Assembly (NCBI RefSeq): GCF_009914755.1
Contig: NC_060928.1
DNA: 64,000 bases
Source of the DNA: the human T2T-CHM13v2.0 reference genome, Homo sapiens
Direction: 5' to 3' (one strand)
Positions 32,589 to 47,189 of the stretch are shown one piece after another (the stretch's first letter is position 1; every line of letters starts with the position of its first letter). Position numbers and translations under genes: made by a program. The notes beneath the pieces are model-generated. The model was given only the letters and a program-made list of their open reading frames with translations, was not told where the DNA came from and ran no database searches.

Positions 32589-34314
32589 TTGTTTTCAATC
32601 TCACTAGAGTTTTGGTAGAATTTATCTCCTCGCAGCCACAGGGCCCAGGCTCCTGCTTTTTTGTTGTGTGTCAGCTGTGAGTCACTCTGAGGTTCTACAG
32701 GCTGCACATTGCTCCTTGACACATGGCCCTTATAGGCAATTCCAAACATATCAGCTCATGTCTTTATCCTCAAAGCTAGGAGAAGTGTGTCTCTCTACAT
32801 TTTTTGTCACCTACCTACCAAAGAAAATTTTCTACTTTTAGAGAAATTACCTAATTAGGTCAGGCTCATCCTAAAAACTCTTTTTGCTCTACAATATGAA
32901 ATAATCAGGAGAGTAGTATATCATGATATTCACAAGTTTCATACACATTCATGAGGAAGAGATTATACAAGGGCAAGGGTTATTGGGGGTAATCTTAGAA
33001 TTCTGCCTCCTACATCTGCATACATGGGAGAAGTTAATTCATTCAAATATATTTAACATTTTATCTAAAACAAAAAATACATATTTATTCATCAAAAAGT
33101 GGATACAGAATTGTATTGTTTTTCTTAATAAATAATAAACACATCCAGTTTAGAATACTGTAAAATAAAGAAAAGCGTTTTGGCTGGCAATTAATAGTAT
33201 AATTAGTATTTTCCTTTTCACCCAAGATAGATTTGTTAATGTTTTATTTGTCTTTCATCAAAACTAACTTCTAGACCTATATAATATAAAATATGACCTT
33301 CACAATCTTAAATTTTTTATAGTTTACTGAGACTTATTTTTGTGGCCTGGGTAAAAACAAGTTTCATGAATATTATATAAATGTTTGGAGGAAAAATGGA
33401 ATTTAGGCTTTACAATAAAAATTTGAGTTAATCTAGCGCAATAAAATTTTGTCAAACAGTGTTTTGTAATCATAAGTTAGTTGCATTCTTACAGTGCATA
33501 ATATAGCACTATAACTACTGTGGACAATTACATGTCTCTTCTACTGGGACAAGTCTCCATTTTATTTGCATGTTCCCTGTTCTTGGTTCCCTACTTTCTA
33601 TTTAACTCAATCCCCTGTACTCTGCAACAAAAATTGTGTAATTTTAGATGTGCAATCTATCTCTTTATGGTTGGATCATTTGTAAAAATTCTCTTTCTTC
33701 TATAAGGTTTCTCCCATGAGTACACTCTCCTCTTGGGAAACCACATTTAATTTGACTCGACTGCACATATTTGAGCTTAGTCAATATCAAATGACTAATT
33801 GATTGCCTTTTGCAAAAGACCTATCTCCCTAGCCATATACTATGTGCAAAAATTCTCAAAAGGAAATAAAAATATTTTTTGTAGCTTTCTCAGTTACTGT
33901 CTAGCTGTATTAATGCTAATAAGACTGTCAGTTTATTTTAACAGTTCAGGAATTTTGAAAATGACCATGAAGTCTGAAGGAATTTAACAATCTCACATAG
34001 AGTGCAATGAAAACAAGTGACTGTGTCTCTAGTACACACTGGAGAATGCTTGGTAACTTCCGATCCTCTCAAGTCCAGTTTATTATATCTCTCTTGATAA
34101 CATGGGACTTTGAAATGCTATGGCTTTATATCATCTGCATATTAGGATTATTACCTAATAAATTATGAATGAAATGCAAAGCATAAACTGGTATTAGTAT
34201 TCACATTGTAAAAATGAAGCCTCAAAAGCGATAATTAGGGAGTCTAAAGCATAAACTCCTTCAAAATAAAAATGAGGTTAAAGATCATTTTTACCTGTAA
34301 TTTTAAGGTTAAAT

Positions 34315-34765
34315 ATCTTTATGCTTAGTACTCTGAAGAACACCTTGATTTGAGTATCCATGCATAAGTGATTTATAAGGAAGTGTTATTGAGGAAACCA
34401 AAAAACGATGGCAGCAACAAGAGAAGGAAGAGGAAAAGATCAAGTGGAAAAACGTTTTGAGGCTAAGAACCAGAGCAGTAGTTTCAACCTGACACTTTGA
34501 ACCTGACCCTGCAGAGATACTCTGGAGTACACATTATGCCCAGGAGTTGTACCAAGCTAAGTAAAGGAAGGAGGCTGGTATTTGTAAACTCCAGCACCCA
34601 ATAGTCATTAGTTCAGGGGTGTCATCTAGGTGAGCAAAGAGGCCTCCAGAATCTAAGGCAATCTTCCAAGAAAATCTCAAACTATTGAAAGCAAAAGCAA
34701 ACCAAATGGTACCCTCCATGCACACGAACAGGGGTAAAAGGAATGCTGGGAGATATGAATGAAAA
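34315..34765 (-). mobile_element. Old ERVL-type LTR (LTR16/LTR33-like)
   Basis: gcataagtgatttataaggaagtg...cctgaccctgcagaga...ccaatagtcattagtt; heavily diverged. Confidence 0.45.
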
Positions 34766-36014
34766 ATCAAAATTACACACTATAATTATTATTTTAAACC
34801 AAGATATAAATTTGCAAATTATAACATTTTATACATATAAACTTAGGCAGATAGAATATAAAAAAGTGCTAATGAATAAATAACTTTCCACTAGCTATCT
34901 ATCATGGTAGTAAAATACACATATATAGATATTTTTATTCTCTCTATATATATTTTGACAAAGTAACAAAGCTTATATATCTATCAGCAAATCCAAAATG
35001 AAAGATATGATCAAAGTATGATTAAGCTGCCTCAGAAACATGAGCCAGTAATGCTGTCACGGAAAAAACTATTACATCATGGAATTGTTTACTGTGATCT
35101 AGGGTTGAAGCATTTCAATACTTTTCAACTTGCAACTGAGGATGCCAACTGAAGCATATAGCATGACAGCAGCAGAAACATTAGACTCAATGTCAGGCAG
35201 AACATCGTATGTTTCATTTGCTTGCTTATGTTTAAGTTTTAAAATTCGCATGAAACTTGTTATTGGTACCAACAGAGGACTTACATCATGCCCCCCTAAC
35301 AGCTCCCTGGTAGTTTGTGTTATACTTTCATCCCTACACAGACCAAATAAATACAGGTAAACTGGTTTATTTTGTTATCCAAGCAAATTTGAAAAGGATG
35401 TGAGTTTAGAAAGACATATTCTGAAATCAGAAGGAATAGGTTGTGTATGGGAATGGCCAATTTATCTTAGCTGAAGGAGAAGTTCTATCAAATTTAGTAA
35501 TTTAAAAAAAAATAGTTTGGGATTTTTTGTCCTTATTTTCTCTTTCCCTTTGCTTACCCAGACTCTCCATCCAGTCAGCCAGAAAATTCAGTATTCTTTG
35601 CTTCAGGGAATAACTATAATTTCACAGAGCAGAGAATAAGTACTTTTTTTTCCCCTCTTTTAAGTTTCCATTGTGTAGGTTTTAAGGAACTAGAAAGAAC
35701 ACTTGACTGAAAAAAGAAAAATGATCATTTAGAAAAATATCATGAATAAAATGTTAAACAAATGTTTAGAGGTCAGACACTCAATTGTTTTTAAATAAAA
35801 AATTTGATTAGAAAAGTGCAGTACATAATTGAGAAGAAGCCCAGGAACCTATTATTGTCGTTTTCAATTGTTGGTTTGAGTTCCTAAAGTTCTAATCACA
35901 TTGAATTTTAAATGAAAATGACACGAATTTTCTATTTGCTAAAATGACTACCTGGTTCAGTCATATGCTTATACACACACACACGCACACACACACACTT
36001 TTTACCCAACAGTT

Positions 36015-37524
36015 AGAGAATACATACTATTCTCAAGCCCACATGAAATATGATCACAAGTTGACCATAAATATGTTCTCGACAAATTTCAAAGACTTGT
36101 CATAATATCAAATTCTACAATCATTATGAAATACAATGTGATGGTTAATTTTATGTGACAATTTGACTGGACCATGAGGTGCCCAGACATTTGGTCAAAC
36201 ATAATTCTAGGTGTGTCTATGTGGGTGTTTCTGAATGAGATGAACATTTGAATCAGTAGACTGAGTAAAGCAGAACACTCTCCCTAATGTGGGTAGACTT
36301 CATTAAATCAATAAAAAGCCTGACCCTCTCAAAAGTAAGGAAAGATTCCTCATGCCTGCGGCATCAGATTCTTCAAGCTGCAGCATCTGCTTTTTCCTCC
36401 CTTCCAATTTGGCCTTAAACATCAGCTCTTTTTGGGTTTGGAACCTGCCCGCCTTTGGACTGGAACTCATCAGTAGGCTCTTCTGGGTCCTCTACTCTCT
36501 GACTCACCTTGCAGATTCTGGGACTTTCTTCCATAATTGCATTATACACACATAAACACACACACACACACACACATATTTATCATGTTGGTTCTCCTTA
36601 TATGAAGAACCCTGACTTATATAGTTAGATATTAATAAAATATATAATTTTAAAAAATGTTTCATACATTTACAAAATAACAAACACATGTTTAAATAAT
36701 TCTTGAGTCAGAGAAGAAGTCATAGTGATAACTACAATACTTGGAACTAAATGATACAGACAATATTATGTATCAAAACTTGTGAAATAACTGTGAGGAA
36801 TTCCCCTCTTCCCCTAGCCACCAAAATTCATAATGACGCGTAAGTAGCAATATGGTTTTCATTGTAATGATGACATTTGAGCCACTAAAAATATCTCCTC
36901 AATAATTGAATGCTTGTTTCCAATTTCTACTGCTTTCTTTGGAAAAGACATTATTTTTGAACTATGCGCTCATGCAAACTTTTACCTCCTGTGTTGCAGC
37001 ACCTATCCCATCAGACTGTAAATTATCTGCTTTATGTGTTCATCACTCACTGTGGAATATAAAGTTGATGGACTTGACAATTAGTGTTATGAGTTATTCA
37101 ACTTCTTTATCAGAGTACATAGTAGGAACTAAAAAAATTTTTTAACTATTTTGAAAATCTAAATATAAAACTTTTTTTAAAGTTTCTAAATGGTTATATT
37201 TCAAAATAAAAAGATGAAAAATTAAGTATCCACATTAAGATGTTAGCAACAGAACAACAGAATAAATTCAAAGAAAATAGAAAATAGAAAAAATATAGAA
37301 AAGATGAAAGTAAATTCTATTAAACTTTCAAGGATAACATCCCATTCTTATAAAAAGTATCCTAGAAAATAAAATGCAACCATTCTTTTAGCTCACTTTA
37401 TGAAAGCAAAATTAGACAAGCATAGTGACTAAAGAAAAACAACAGTCCATTTTGATTCATAAACATAGCTAGAAAAAGACTTTCTTAAACTAATAAAGGT
37501 TTGCCACCAAAACCTTACAACAAA

Positions 37525-37527
<3 letters not shown>
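36015..37527 (+). mobile_element. L1ME/L1M5 ORF2 remnants, interrupted by MLT2 and an L2-like piece
   Basis: gagaatacatactattctcaagcccacatgaaa; ctaaatgat...tatcaaaacttgtg; taactttcaagga. Confidence 0.55.
36137..36623 (+). mobile_element. MLT2B-type ERVL solo LTR with internal (CA)n
   Basis: tgtgatggttaattttatgtgacaatttgactgg...gaagaaccctgacttatata. Confidence 0.88.
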
Positions 37528-37558
<31 letters not shown>

Positions 37559-37862
37559 GTGAGATAAGGTCTTGCTCTGTCACCCACGCTGGAGTGCAGT
37601 TATGCAATTACAGTTCACTGCAGACACCAACTCCTGAGCCCATGTGATCCTCCCATATCAGCCTCCTGAGTAGCTGGGACTACAGGCTTGAGCAACCATA
37701 CCCCATTCCCATTCTTTTTATTTTTCTTCTTTGTTTGTTTGTTTTTGGTAGAGATTGGGTCTCTGTTTTCCAGACCGATCTGGAACTCCTGGCCTCAAGA
37801 GACCATCCCACCTTGACCTCCCAAAGTGCTGGGATTACACATGTGAGCCACTGCAACTGGCC
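37528..37862 (-). mobile_element. AluJ with T30 tail
   Basis: Antisense Alu ending in ggcc; long pure T run. Confidence 0.9.
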
Positions 37863-37891
37863 TAAATATTGCCCTTCTTCTTTAAAAAATA

Positions 37892-39312
37892 ATTTCAACT
37901 TTTATTTCAGATTCATGCAGTACATGTGCAGGTTTGTTACTTGGGTATATTGTGTGATGCTAAGGTTTTGGGTATCAATTATCCTCTCACCCGTGTACTG
38001 AGCATAGTACCCAAAAGTTAGTTCTTCACCCCTTGCATCACTCCCTCCCTCCCCTCTCTAGTAGTCACCAGTGTCTATTGTTGCCATCTTCATGCTCATG
38101 AATATCCAATGCTTAGCTCCCTCTTGTAAGTGAGAATACATGGTATTTGGTTTTCTGTTCCTACATTAATTCACTTAGGATAATGACCTCCAGCTGCATC
38201 CATGTTGCTGCAAAGGACATGATTTTCATATTTTTTATGCTACATAGTATTTACTGGCACATAAGCACCACATTTTCTTTATCCAGTCCACCAATGATGG
38301 ACATCTAGGCTAATTCCATGTCTCTGCTATTGTGAATGGTGCTGTAATGAACATACAAGTTCATGTGCCGTTTGGCAAAATGATTTATTTTCTTTTGTAG
38401 TAATGGGATTGCTGGGTCGAATAGTTTTGTTTTTAAGTTATTTCAGAAATCTCCAAACTGCTTTCCACAGTAACTGAACTATTTACATTCCCACCAACAG
38501 TGTATATGCATTCTTTTTTCTCTCCAGCCTCAGCAGCATCTGTTGTTTTTTGACTTTTTAATGATAGCCATTCTGACTGATATGAGATAATGCCTCATCG
38601 TGGTTTTGGATACGCATCTCTCTGATGATTTGTGATGTTGGGTATTTTTCCATGTTTGTTGGCTGCTTTATTTCTTCTTTTGAGAAGTGTCTGTTCATGT
38701 CCTTTGCCCACTTTTTAATGAAGTTTTTTGCTTGTTGAACTGTTTAAATTCCTTACAGACTCTGGATATTAGACCTTTGTCAGATGCTGTATTACTGTGT
38801 TCTCACTCTGTTAATAACGACATACCTGAAACTGGGTAATTATAACGGAAAGAGGTTTAATTGACTCACACTTTCACGTGGCTGGGGAATCATGGCAGAA
38901 GACAAGGAGGAGTAAGTCACATCTAACATGGCAGCAGGAAAGAGAGAAGTTGTGCAGGGGAACTCCTCTTTATAAAACCATCAGATCTTGTGAGACTTAC
39001 TCACTATCACAAGAACAGCATGGGAAAGACCCACCCCAAGATTCAGTTACCTCCCACTGGGTACCTCCCAGGACACATGGGAATTGTGTGAGCTACAATT
39101 CAAGATGAGATTTGGGTGGGGATGCAGCCAAACCATATCAGATGTATAGTTTGCGAATATCTTCTCCCATTCTATAGGTTGTCTGGGTACTCTGTTGACT
39201 GTTGACAGGTTTTTTGTTTGTTTGTTATTTTGCTGTGCAGGAGCTCTATAGTTTAATTAGTTCCCACTTGTCAATTTTTGTTTCTGTTGCAATTGTTTTT
39301 GAGGACTTCATC
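37892..39312 (-). mobile_element. L1PA15/16-like 3' fragment, interrupted by THE1
   Basis: aacttttatttcagattca...gtacatgtgcaggtttgttacttgggtatattgtgtgatgct, followed by antisense ORF2 end. Confidence 0.88.
38788..39140 (-). mobile_element. THE1 (B/C-like) solo LTR
   Basis: tgtatta...gacatacctgaaactgggtaat...ctacaattcaagatgagatttgggtgggga...gccaaaccatatca; TSD gatgc / gatgt. Confidence 0.92.
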
Positions 39313-39409
39313 ATACCAAATTTTATTCTCAGTGAAGAAACATTCCAACAGTTTAATTCAAGATCAGGAACAAGACAAGATGTTCATCTATTCTATTTTA
39401 CTCTTTCGT

Positions 39410-40700
39410 TTACTGAAAACATATTGATTAAGCCTATACCAGGAACCTTCTTAGGCATCCTATGATACATAAGCGAATAAATGGACAAAGATCCCTGATT
39501 TCAAAGTACTTACATTTATTAAGAGATAATAGAAAACGATCAATAAATACAGTGAATAATTACATAGAATGCTAGCATCTAAAAAGTGATATGGTAAAAA
39601 AAAATAAAGTTGAACAGATCAGATTAGATCAGGAGTGCAAGAGGGTGGAGGGGTGTGGAGGGGTGCAGGAGGTAGCATTAAATAAGCAGTCATCTTCAGC
39701 CTTACAGTGAAAAGGTTGTTTAGCAAACACATGAAAGGCATGAAGGAGTTGACCCAGCAGATATATGAAGAAAAATAATTCCTCTCAGTGAAATTTTGCT
39801 AAGGCATTAACATGCCTTTGTGTTTGAAAAATAGCAAAGAAGTCAGTGTGGCCAATGCAGTATTCTTGATTGGGTTTCCCTGGAAATAATCTCATTATCA
39901 AGGAATTGAATGAATGTAGTTTGCTTAACAGGTGATCCTGAGAAGCAGGCAAGGCAACAAGGCAGAGAAAGAAGAATGGCTTATAAAAGGTGAGTGGATG
40001 AGAGTTTATCAGAATGGGCAAATGCTGCCCCATCTTGTAGAGGACTTGCTGAGGACTAGCTGAGGATGCATTTACACAGCATCTCAGAATTTTCCACCAC
40101 AACAGAGGAAAGCAGTATTTATCCACAGATTCCCATGTCTTACAGATTAACAGTTGTCCTTGGATCATTATATCCCAAACACTTCTGGGCTGTCCTGCAG
40201 TGGGCTCAGCAAATTTCCATGCTTCCAGAGTCAGCCCTTGGGCAGAGAAGCAAGAGGCCAGATACACAAGCTTTTGCAGTGCAATCATGCTAGTCAGCAT
40301 AGAAAACACCCATCACCATAGCTGTAAGTGAATTCAGAGGTAGGTCAATATGATATGAGATGGGGCATCAACAGTGTCTGCTGCAAGCAGTGAGAACAAG
40401 AGGAATGGAGAAAAACAGGAGGAGGCTTCAGGAAAGGGAAGCCTTATAAAAGCATTGTACATCTTGTAATGATTTTAAGTTAAATGTGGAACCATTAGAG
40501 GGTTATGGAATCATATATATGGCTGTGGTATTGAAGATAGACTGTGGTTGATGGAGTAGAAGCAAACTTAGGGACAGGAAGAACTGTAGAAAGCTGTTAA
40601 AGTAATTCTGGCAAGAGATAAAGATGACTTAGATCAGGGTGGTGCTGGGCAAGTGGTGATAAGTGGATCAGATTCTGCATATATTGCTTAAGGTGAAGAC
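39410..40700 (-). mobile_element. L2a fragment split by an LTR
   Basis: catattgattaagcct...gacaaagatccctg...cttacatt; resumes at 40386 and runs to ggatcagattctgcatatatt. Confidence 0.72.
39861..40385 (-). mobile_element. LTR33-like ERVL LTR
   Basis: gggtttccctggaaa...ggtgatcctgagaagca...ggggcatcaacagtgtctgctgca; 5-bp TSD tgcag / agcag. Confidence 0.7.
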
Positions 40701-40704
40701 TTTT

Positions 40705-42420
40705 CCATTTTAAACTGTACTAGAAGTACTTAACATTCATTAAGAGGAGAAAAATAAACAAATACCTAAGGATTAGAAAGAATATAAAGCTATTTTCCAA
40801 TACTGATGACTTGATTGTCTACCTGGAAAATTCCAAATACACTGCAGCCTAATTATGAGAAATAACCAGAAAGTTTGGCAAGGTGGGTTGCTCTGAAATT
40901 AATATTTAAAAAATCAATTGCATTTTATACATCCACAACACATAGAATATATAATTCTTTGAAAATGCAGTATGTACATTAGCAACTGATGTGGTACCTA
41001 GGAATATATCCAATAGAAGATGTGTAAGACCTGTACTAAAAAATGCATAGCATGTTTTGACATACATTAAAAACACAAACAGACAAATATTTTGCATTCA
41101 TGGACAAGAACGCTTAATTAGCAAAAAATGTAAATTTATGCCGAATGAATCCAAAAAGTCAATTCAATTGAATTTTAACAAGAATTTGAAATGCAGATCC
41201 TAAAATTTTTGTGGAAGTAAAAAAAAATGCAAAATAGAAGCATAAAGTGAGGGGATTTGTCTTTACAGATATCAAAACCCAATATAAAGCTATGTTGTTT
41301 GGACATGTGGCATTTGTGCCAGGAGATAAAAAGTAAGCAATGTAACAGGTAAGAGAGCCCAGAAGCTGACCCAAATATACACAGGACTGAGACATATGGT
41401 GAATATACTATAGCAGATGAGGAGGGAGCAGGGGGAAAGGAGATACTAATAAATGTTGTTGATAGAAATTTTGAATCCATTTTGGACCAAAAAATTAAGA
41501 ATTTCTATCTCATACTTTTATGGAAAACATTTCAAATGGATTAAATAATTAAGTATTGGGGGGGAAATACAGGATCTTTATGAATAAAACTATAGAACAA
41601 TATTTTTTCTGATTTGGAATGAGAGAATAATTTCTTAAATGTACCCACCCCCAAAAAAGCAATAAACTTGTTTATTTCAATTCAGTTCCTCAAAAATATG
41701 TCAAAGATGGTGAAAAAACTAAGCCACAGAGTGTGAAAAGATACTTGTAACACATACAACTGACAAAGATTCAGTATCCAGAATATATGAAGAATGCTTA
41801 TATATCATAATAAAATGACAAATGGATTACATTTTACATCTACTTGCTTGGCAAAATGTAAGAAGTCCACAGTAAGAAGGGATGTGGATCAATAGAAAGA
41901 CTTATGCATTGCTCAAAAAATGCAATGTGGCATTTTCTGGAAAAATCACACATTCACATACCTTACTACCCAGAAATTTGATTTCAAAGTACATTTCAAG
42001 AAACTCATTCACATGTATACTAAGAGACTTGTACAAGAAAGATCATGGAAGTATGCAAAGTATTAAATATGATATAAAATGTCCATCAATTAGAGAATAA
42101 ATTTTAAATTCCAGTATGTTCACATCCATATGATAGAGCAGTGAAATAAATAAGCTACAGCTACATTCAACAGCATGGATGAATCACTAAAGCATAATTT
42201 TAAGTTCCAAAAGAAGTCTCAGAAAACTAAACCTATATACAAATATGATACATTTCTATAAAGTTTAAACAGACAGAACAAAATAATAAATTTTTCTAGC
42301 ATACATACATATGTGATAAAATCATAAATGACAAAAATGAAATAATAAATCCAAAATTCAGAATAATGATTACCTCACAAAGGAGGCAGCGGGTGGTATA
42401 TGAAATTTGGGGATTATTGG
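40705..42420 (+). mobile_element. L1ME/L1MC ORF2 to 3'UTR remnant
   Basis: gatgacttgattgtctacctggaaaattcc (degenerate DD motif); aaatgtccatcaa; caacagcatggatgaatc. Confidence 0.75.
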
Positions 42421-42468
42421 TTTGGATACACGTTTGTTATATCATTAAGCTTTATAATTTATATAAAT

Positions 42469-43209
<741 letters not shown>

Positions 43210-43212
43210 TTT

Positions 43213-43219
43213 TATATAC

Positions 43220-43263
<44 letters not shown>

Positions 43264-43330
43264 ATATATACAAGATATTATGTATAATATAATATACATT
43301 ATATTATATAGTATATATTATATATATTAC
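43213..43330. repeat. (TA)n(TG)n compound microsatellite and AT-rich tract
   Basis: tatatacatatatatatgtgtgtgtg... Confidence 0.9.
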
Positions 43331-43611
43331 CATAACAAAAAGTAGTACCAGTATTGTTTTGTATATATCGATATATTGCATATTATATGAAAAAAGCAAA
43401 TAATAGAAAAAGTAAGTTGGAGACTGAGGTAAGAGAGTGAGCCATGGTTGAAAATAAAATGAGAAGAAATAAAAGGGGTTCTGCAACCAGAAGGAACACT
43501 TTTAATAAGATGTGTCTCTCTTTGGGCTACAAAACAGGATGATAATTGGTAGATATGAGTTTAATTCATGAATTTTAAAAGCCCAATATTTGTATTGGGC
43601 TTTTAAATAAC

Positions 43612-43805
43612 CAGTCGTTTAACCTGGATTACTGTGGACAAGTTACTTAAGCTTTCAGTACCTCCATTTCCCATGAGTAAAATGAGAATAGTAATGGTAT
43701 CTGTCTACTAAGACTATATTCACAACTAAATAAGGTCATCTATATAAAGCCTTAACAATGGTATCTGGAATAGAGCAAATGGAAAATCTTACTATTATCA
43801 TTAGT
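43612..43805 (+). mobile_element. MIR
   Basis: ggacaagttacttaa...taaaatgagaatagtaatggtatct...taaagccttaacaatggtatctgg. Confidence 0.75.
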
Positions 43806-43890
43806 AAGATTAGAATTTATATGATGGAGCCAGTGGTGCAATGGACAGCACGTCTGACTATGGAACAGAAGATTATAAAATTTATATATC

Positions 43891-44211
<321 letters not shown>

Positions 44212-46110
44212 ATATATCTACCCATATCATATTATTAGTAATATTGTTATATATTGAGGTATGTAAAAGGTACAGTTTCCTCATGAATGTTAGTTTAATA
44301 AAAGAAAGAGACAAAACTTCTCTTGACTTCCTTCTCAATCTGGCAGAACCTCACCTATACAGAAATTATCGCTGACATCTATAGGCCCAATGGTACTAAA
44401 GGGCAAGGAGAAGGCTACACTAAATTGTGTCATCTATGTCTACTGTATCTTGCTCCTGTTCATTCTTAGAACGCTGGCTAAATAGATCAAACAGTAATAG
44501 CTGATCAGTGGGTTGCCCCTTCTCACCATTCCATACTCCACCAGATACATAAACTTTCAACCATATCATTTTAAAGATATGTGGTTTATTTCCTTAGTTT
44601 GTAAAAGAAAAACATTTAAGACATAGCATGATAGCATAACTAACCAAATATGTCTGTATTACCTAAAATCCAGGTTTCACTAGGTATAGATCATTTCTAA
44701 GATTTTATTTGCAAGTAGGGGTATACATAAAATTAGACAGAGAAAAAACTCACCTCTTGTGATCTTTCAAGTCCTTAAAAGGATATTGATTATTTACGGT
44801 AAAATAATCTTTAAAAAGTGTATTATGTTTTGCCAAATTACAATTTCTCCAGAGAAACCACCAGCTTCAGATACAGTAGCCTTTATCTATTATAAGAATG
44901 GTTCCCTCTTTCCTCAGGACATTGGTATAAAAATAGTAACTCTGGTGAATTGTAAATAATGCAGTCAAATTATCTATATTAATAAATGGTGCTACGTGTG
45001 TGATTCTCCTTTGCTTTCAGAAATTGTTTGAAAACCCCAAATGTCACTTCAGCAGCCCGCTTGAAATTTTTCCCCTACAATGACACTGGGAATAATTAAG
45101 TTGTTAAAAGAAGATTCCTAACAAAGCAAAAAACACAAAACTCGTTAGTATTTAAAGATCAGAAAACATTTATAATTTAGAGAAAAAAAGGATAAAACAT
45201 AAATACTAATTTCCCCTTGCCTTAACTGGAAAAAAATATTAACATTGCTTTGGAATGTAAACCCAAAAGCAATTAAAATCAAATAATAATCTATAAGATT
45301 AATGTATGATGTATAATTCATTTGCAATTTTCAAAATCTCAGAATTGATGGTAGACCTAATGCTGTATTATGATAATGGTAGGTTTTAATCTTTATTCTT
45401 AAACAACCAAATAACTTCCCCCTCAGTATTATTCAGAAATGTTATACAGCCCCTTTTACATGGCCGATAGGATTTACATTCTCTGTGCTAACCCTTTCTG
45501 ACCTTACTCAGATAAAGGCCATGCAATCTGGGATTATCTACTTAATCATAAGACTTGAAAAGCTCTCGTCAAGATTAAGGTTCTTGGTTAGGTCAGGAAA
45601 CCAATAAATTTATTACTGATGTTGAAGTACATTCTCTGATATTGTTAGTTTATTATCTCATGAGAATTGAAATCTGCATTTTATTTCACTTGGGGGAAAT
45701 ATATTAAAGATCCATTTCAATTAGTATTGTGGGATATTAAATGGGACCAATTTTAAAGGGCCTATTCCCCATAGCAAATACTTTTATTCCTAAATTAAAA
45801 CATATTCTTATATATAAGACCAAAATTCTAAACAAATTTCCAAAAACCATGCATACTTCTTATTTCTTTTCTTCTAAATTATCAACTATCAATGATATTC
45901 CTGCTACTACATTTGATATAAAAAAATGACATCAAATCAACCGCAGAATTCTATGGTAAAAAAGAGATATACATTTCAAAGATTAACACAAGCATTGTAA
46001 GTTTAATTAACTCAAAATCTCTTGGAATTTTCAATACTTTAGAAGAGATTTCAGTTGAAGTTCACCATCTTTTATCTATCCTATCCATTCTTTAACAGAT
46101 TCTATAAATG

Positions 46111-46775
46111 TGTGGCGCAGGGGAATCCTTAAATGACCCCCCTCTCTGTACCTCACCTCCTACCCTTGTGATCTCCCATCCTAACTCCCAGAGCTGGGAC
46201 TGTGAATTGGATGGGATATTATGCCTGTGATTATAGTAGACTACAGGCCAAAAGAGATTTTGCAGATTAAATAATGCTGTGAATCAACTGATTTTCGTTC
46301 GTGGAAAGACAGACTTTTTTCAGTAAATTGGCCAGTTCTAATCACTTGAGTCTTCAAAAGCACAGAATTTTCTTTAACTGGTAGCAGAAGAGAAAATCAG
46401 AAAGATTCAAAGAATGAAAAATACTTGACTTGCCATTGTTGGTTTGAAGGTGGAGAGGACCACGTGAGAAAGAATGCAGGTGGCTTCCAGTAACAGAGCA
46501 TAGGGCCCAGATGACACCCAGCAAGAAAGAAGCAGGGACTTCAGATCTACAATGCACAGCAAGGAACTGGACTGCCCATGATCTGAATGAGGATGGAAGT
46601 GGACTCTTCCCGAGAGCATCCAGATAAAAGCCCAAAACTCCTGACAACTTCATTTCAGCCTTGTGAGACTAAGTAAAGAATCTAGCTGAGCCTTCCCAGG
46701 CTTCTAATTTACAGAACTATGAACTAATAACTTTGAGAAAATGTATAAGTCCTCTATGTTTATGTGACATTGCTA
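46111..46775 (+). mobile_element. MLT1 (E-like) solo LTR
   Basis: tgtggc...agagattttgcagat...aaggaactgga...tttcagccttgtgagac...acagaactatga. Confidence 0.82.
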
Positions 46776-47189
46776 TCTTCATTTGGGTCTTATAACCACA
46801 GCACAATATTACCCTTAGTATAGGACAAACTTATTAATAATTGGGACCTCCATGTTAAAATAAGGAAAGTTTATTAGTGTATCGGGTTTCTATTTCTTGA
46901 AACAAATTTAGTAGCTTAAAAGAACACAAAGCTACACATAGAAAAAAAATAGCTCTTTTATTCTCTAAACCTGGTCTAATTTTCTGCTGGAGCCTACCCC
47001 ACACAAAAGAAAACTTATTCTTGCCAAATAACAATATTTCAGTCTCTTCAGGTTTTTATACTTAGTCTCTTCAAACTCCATATCCTTCACAGACATGTTT
47101 TAAAGAATCTTTTTTGGATCATTCAATCTTTTAAGATGGATGCTCCATCTTGACATTCTTTCCCCTTCACTTTTTTCTTCTTCCTCAGA

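Larger units (their letters stand above)
29479..33015 (-). mobile_element. Outer MLT1 (E-like) LTR, split by an MLT1A provirus and an L1
   Basis: Starts tgtattagttttctat at 29479, resumes at 31927-32105 and 32589-33015, ending ttagaattctgcctcctaca. Confidence 0.78.

Noticed and set aside
39785-40309. 174-aa ORF as a host gene
   Set aside because: It lies within an LTR33-like/L2 repeat, starts at a non-ATG codon and has no recognisable domain
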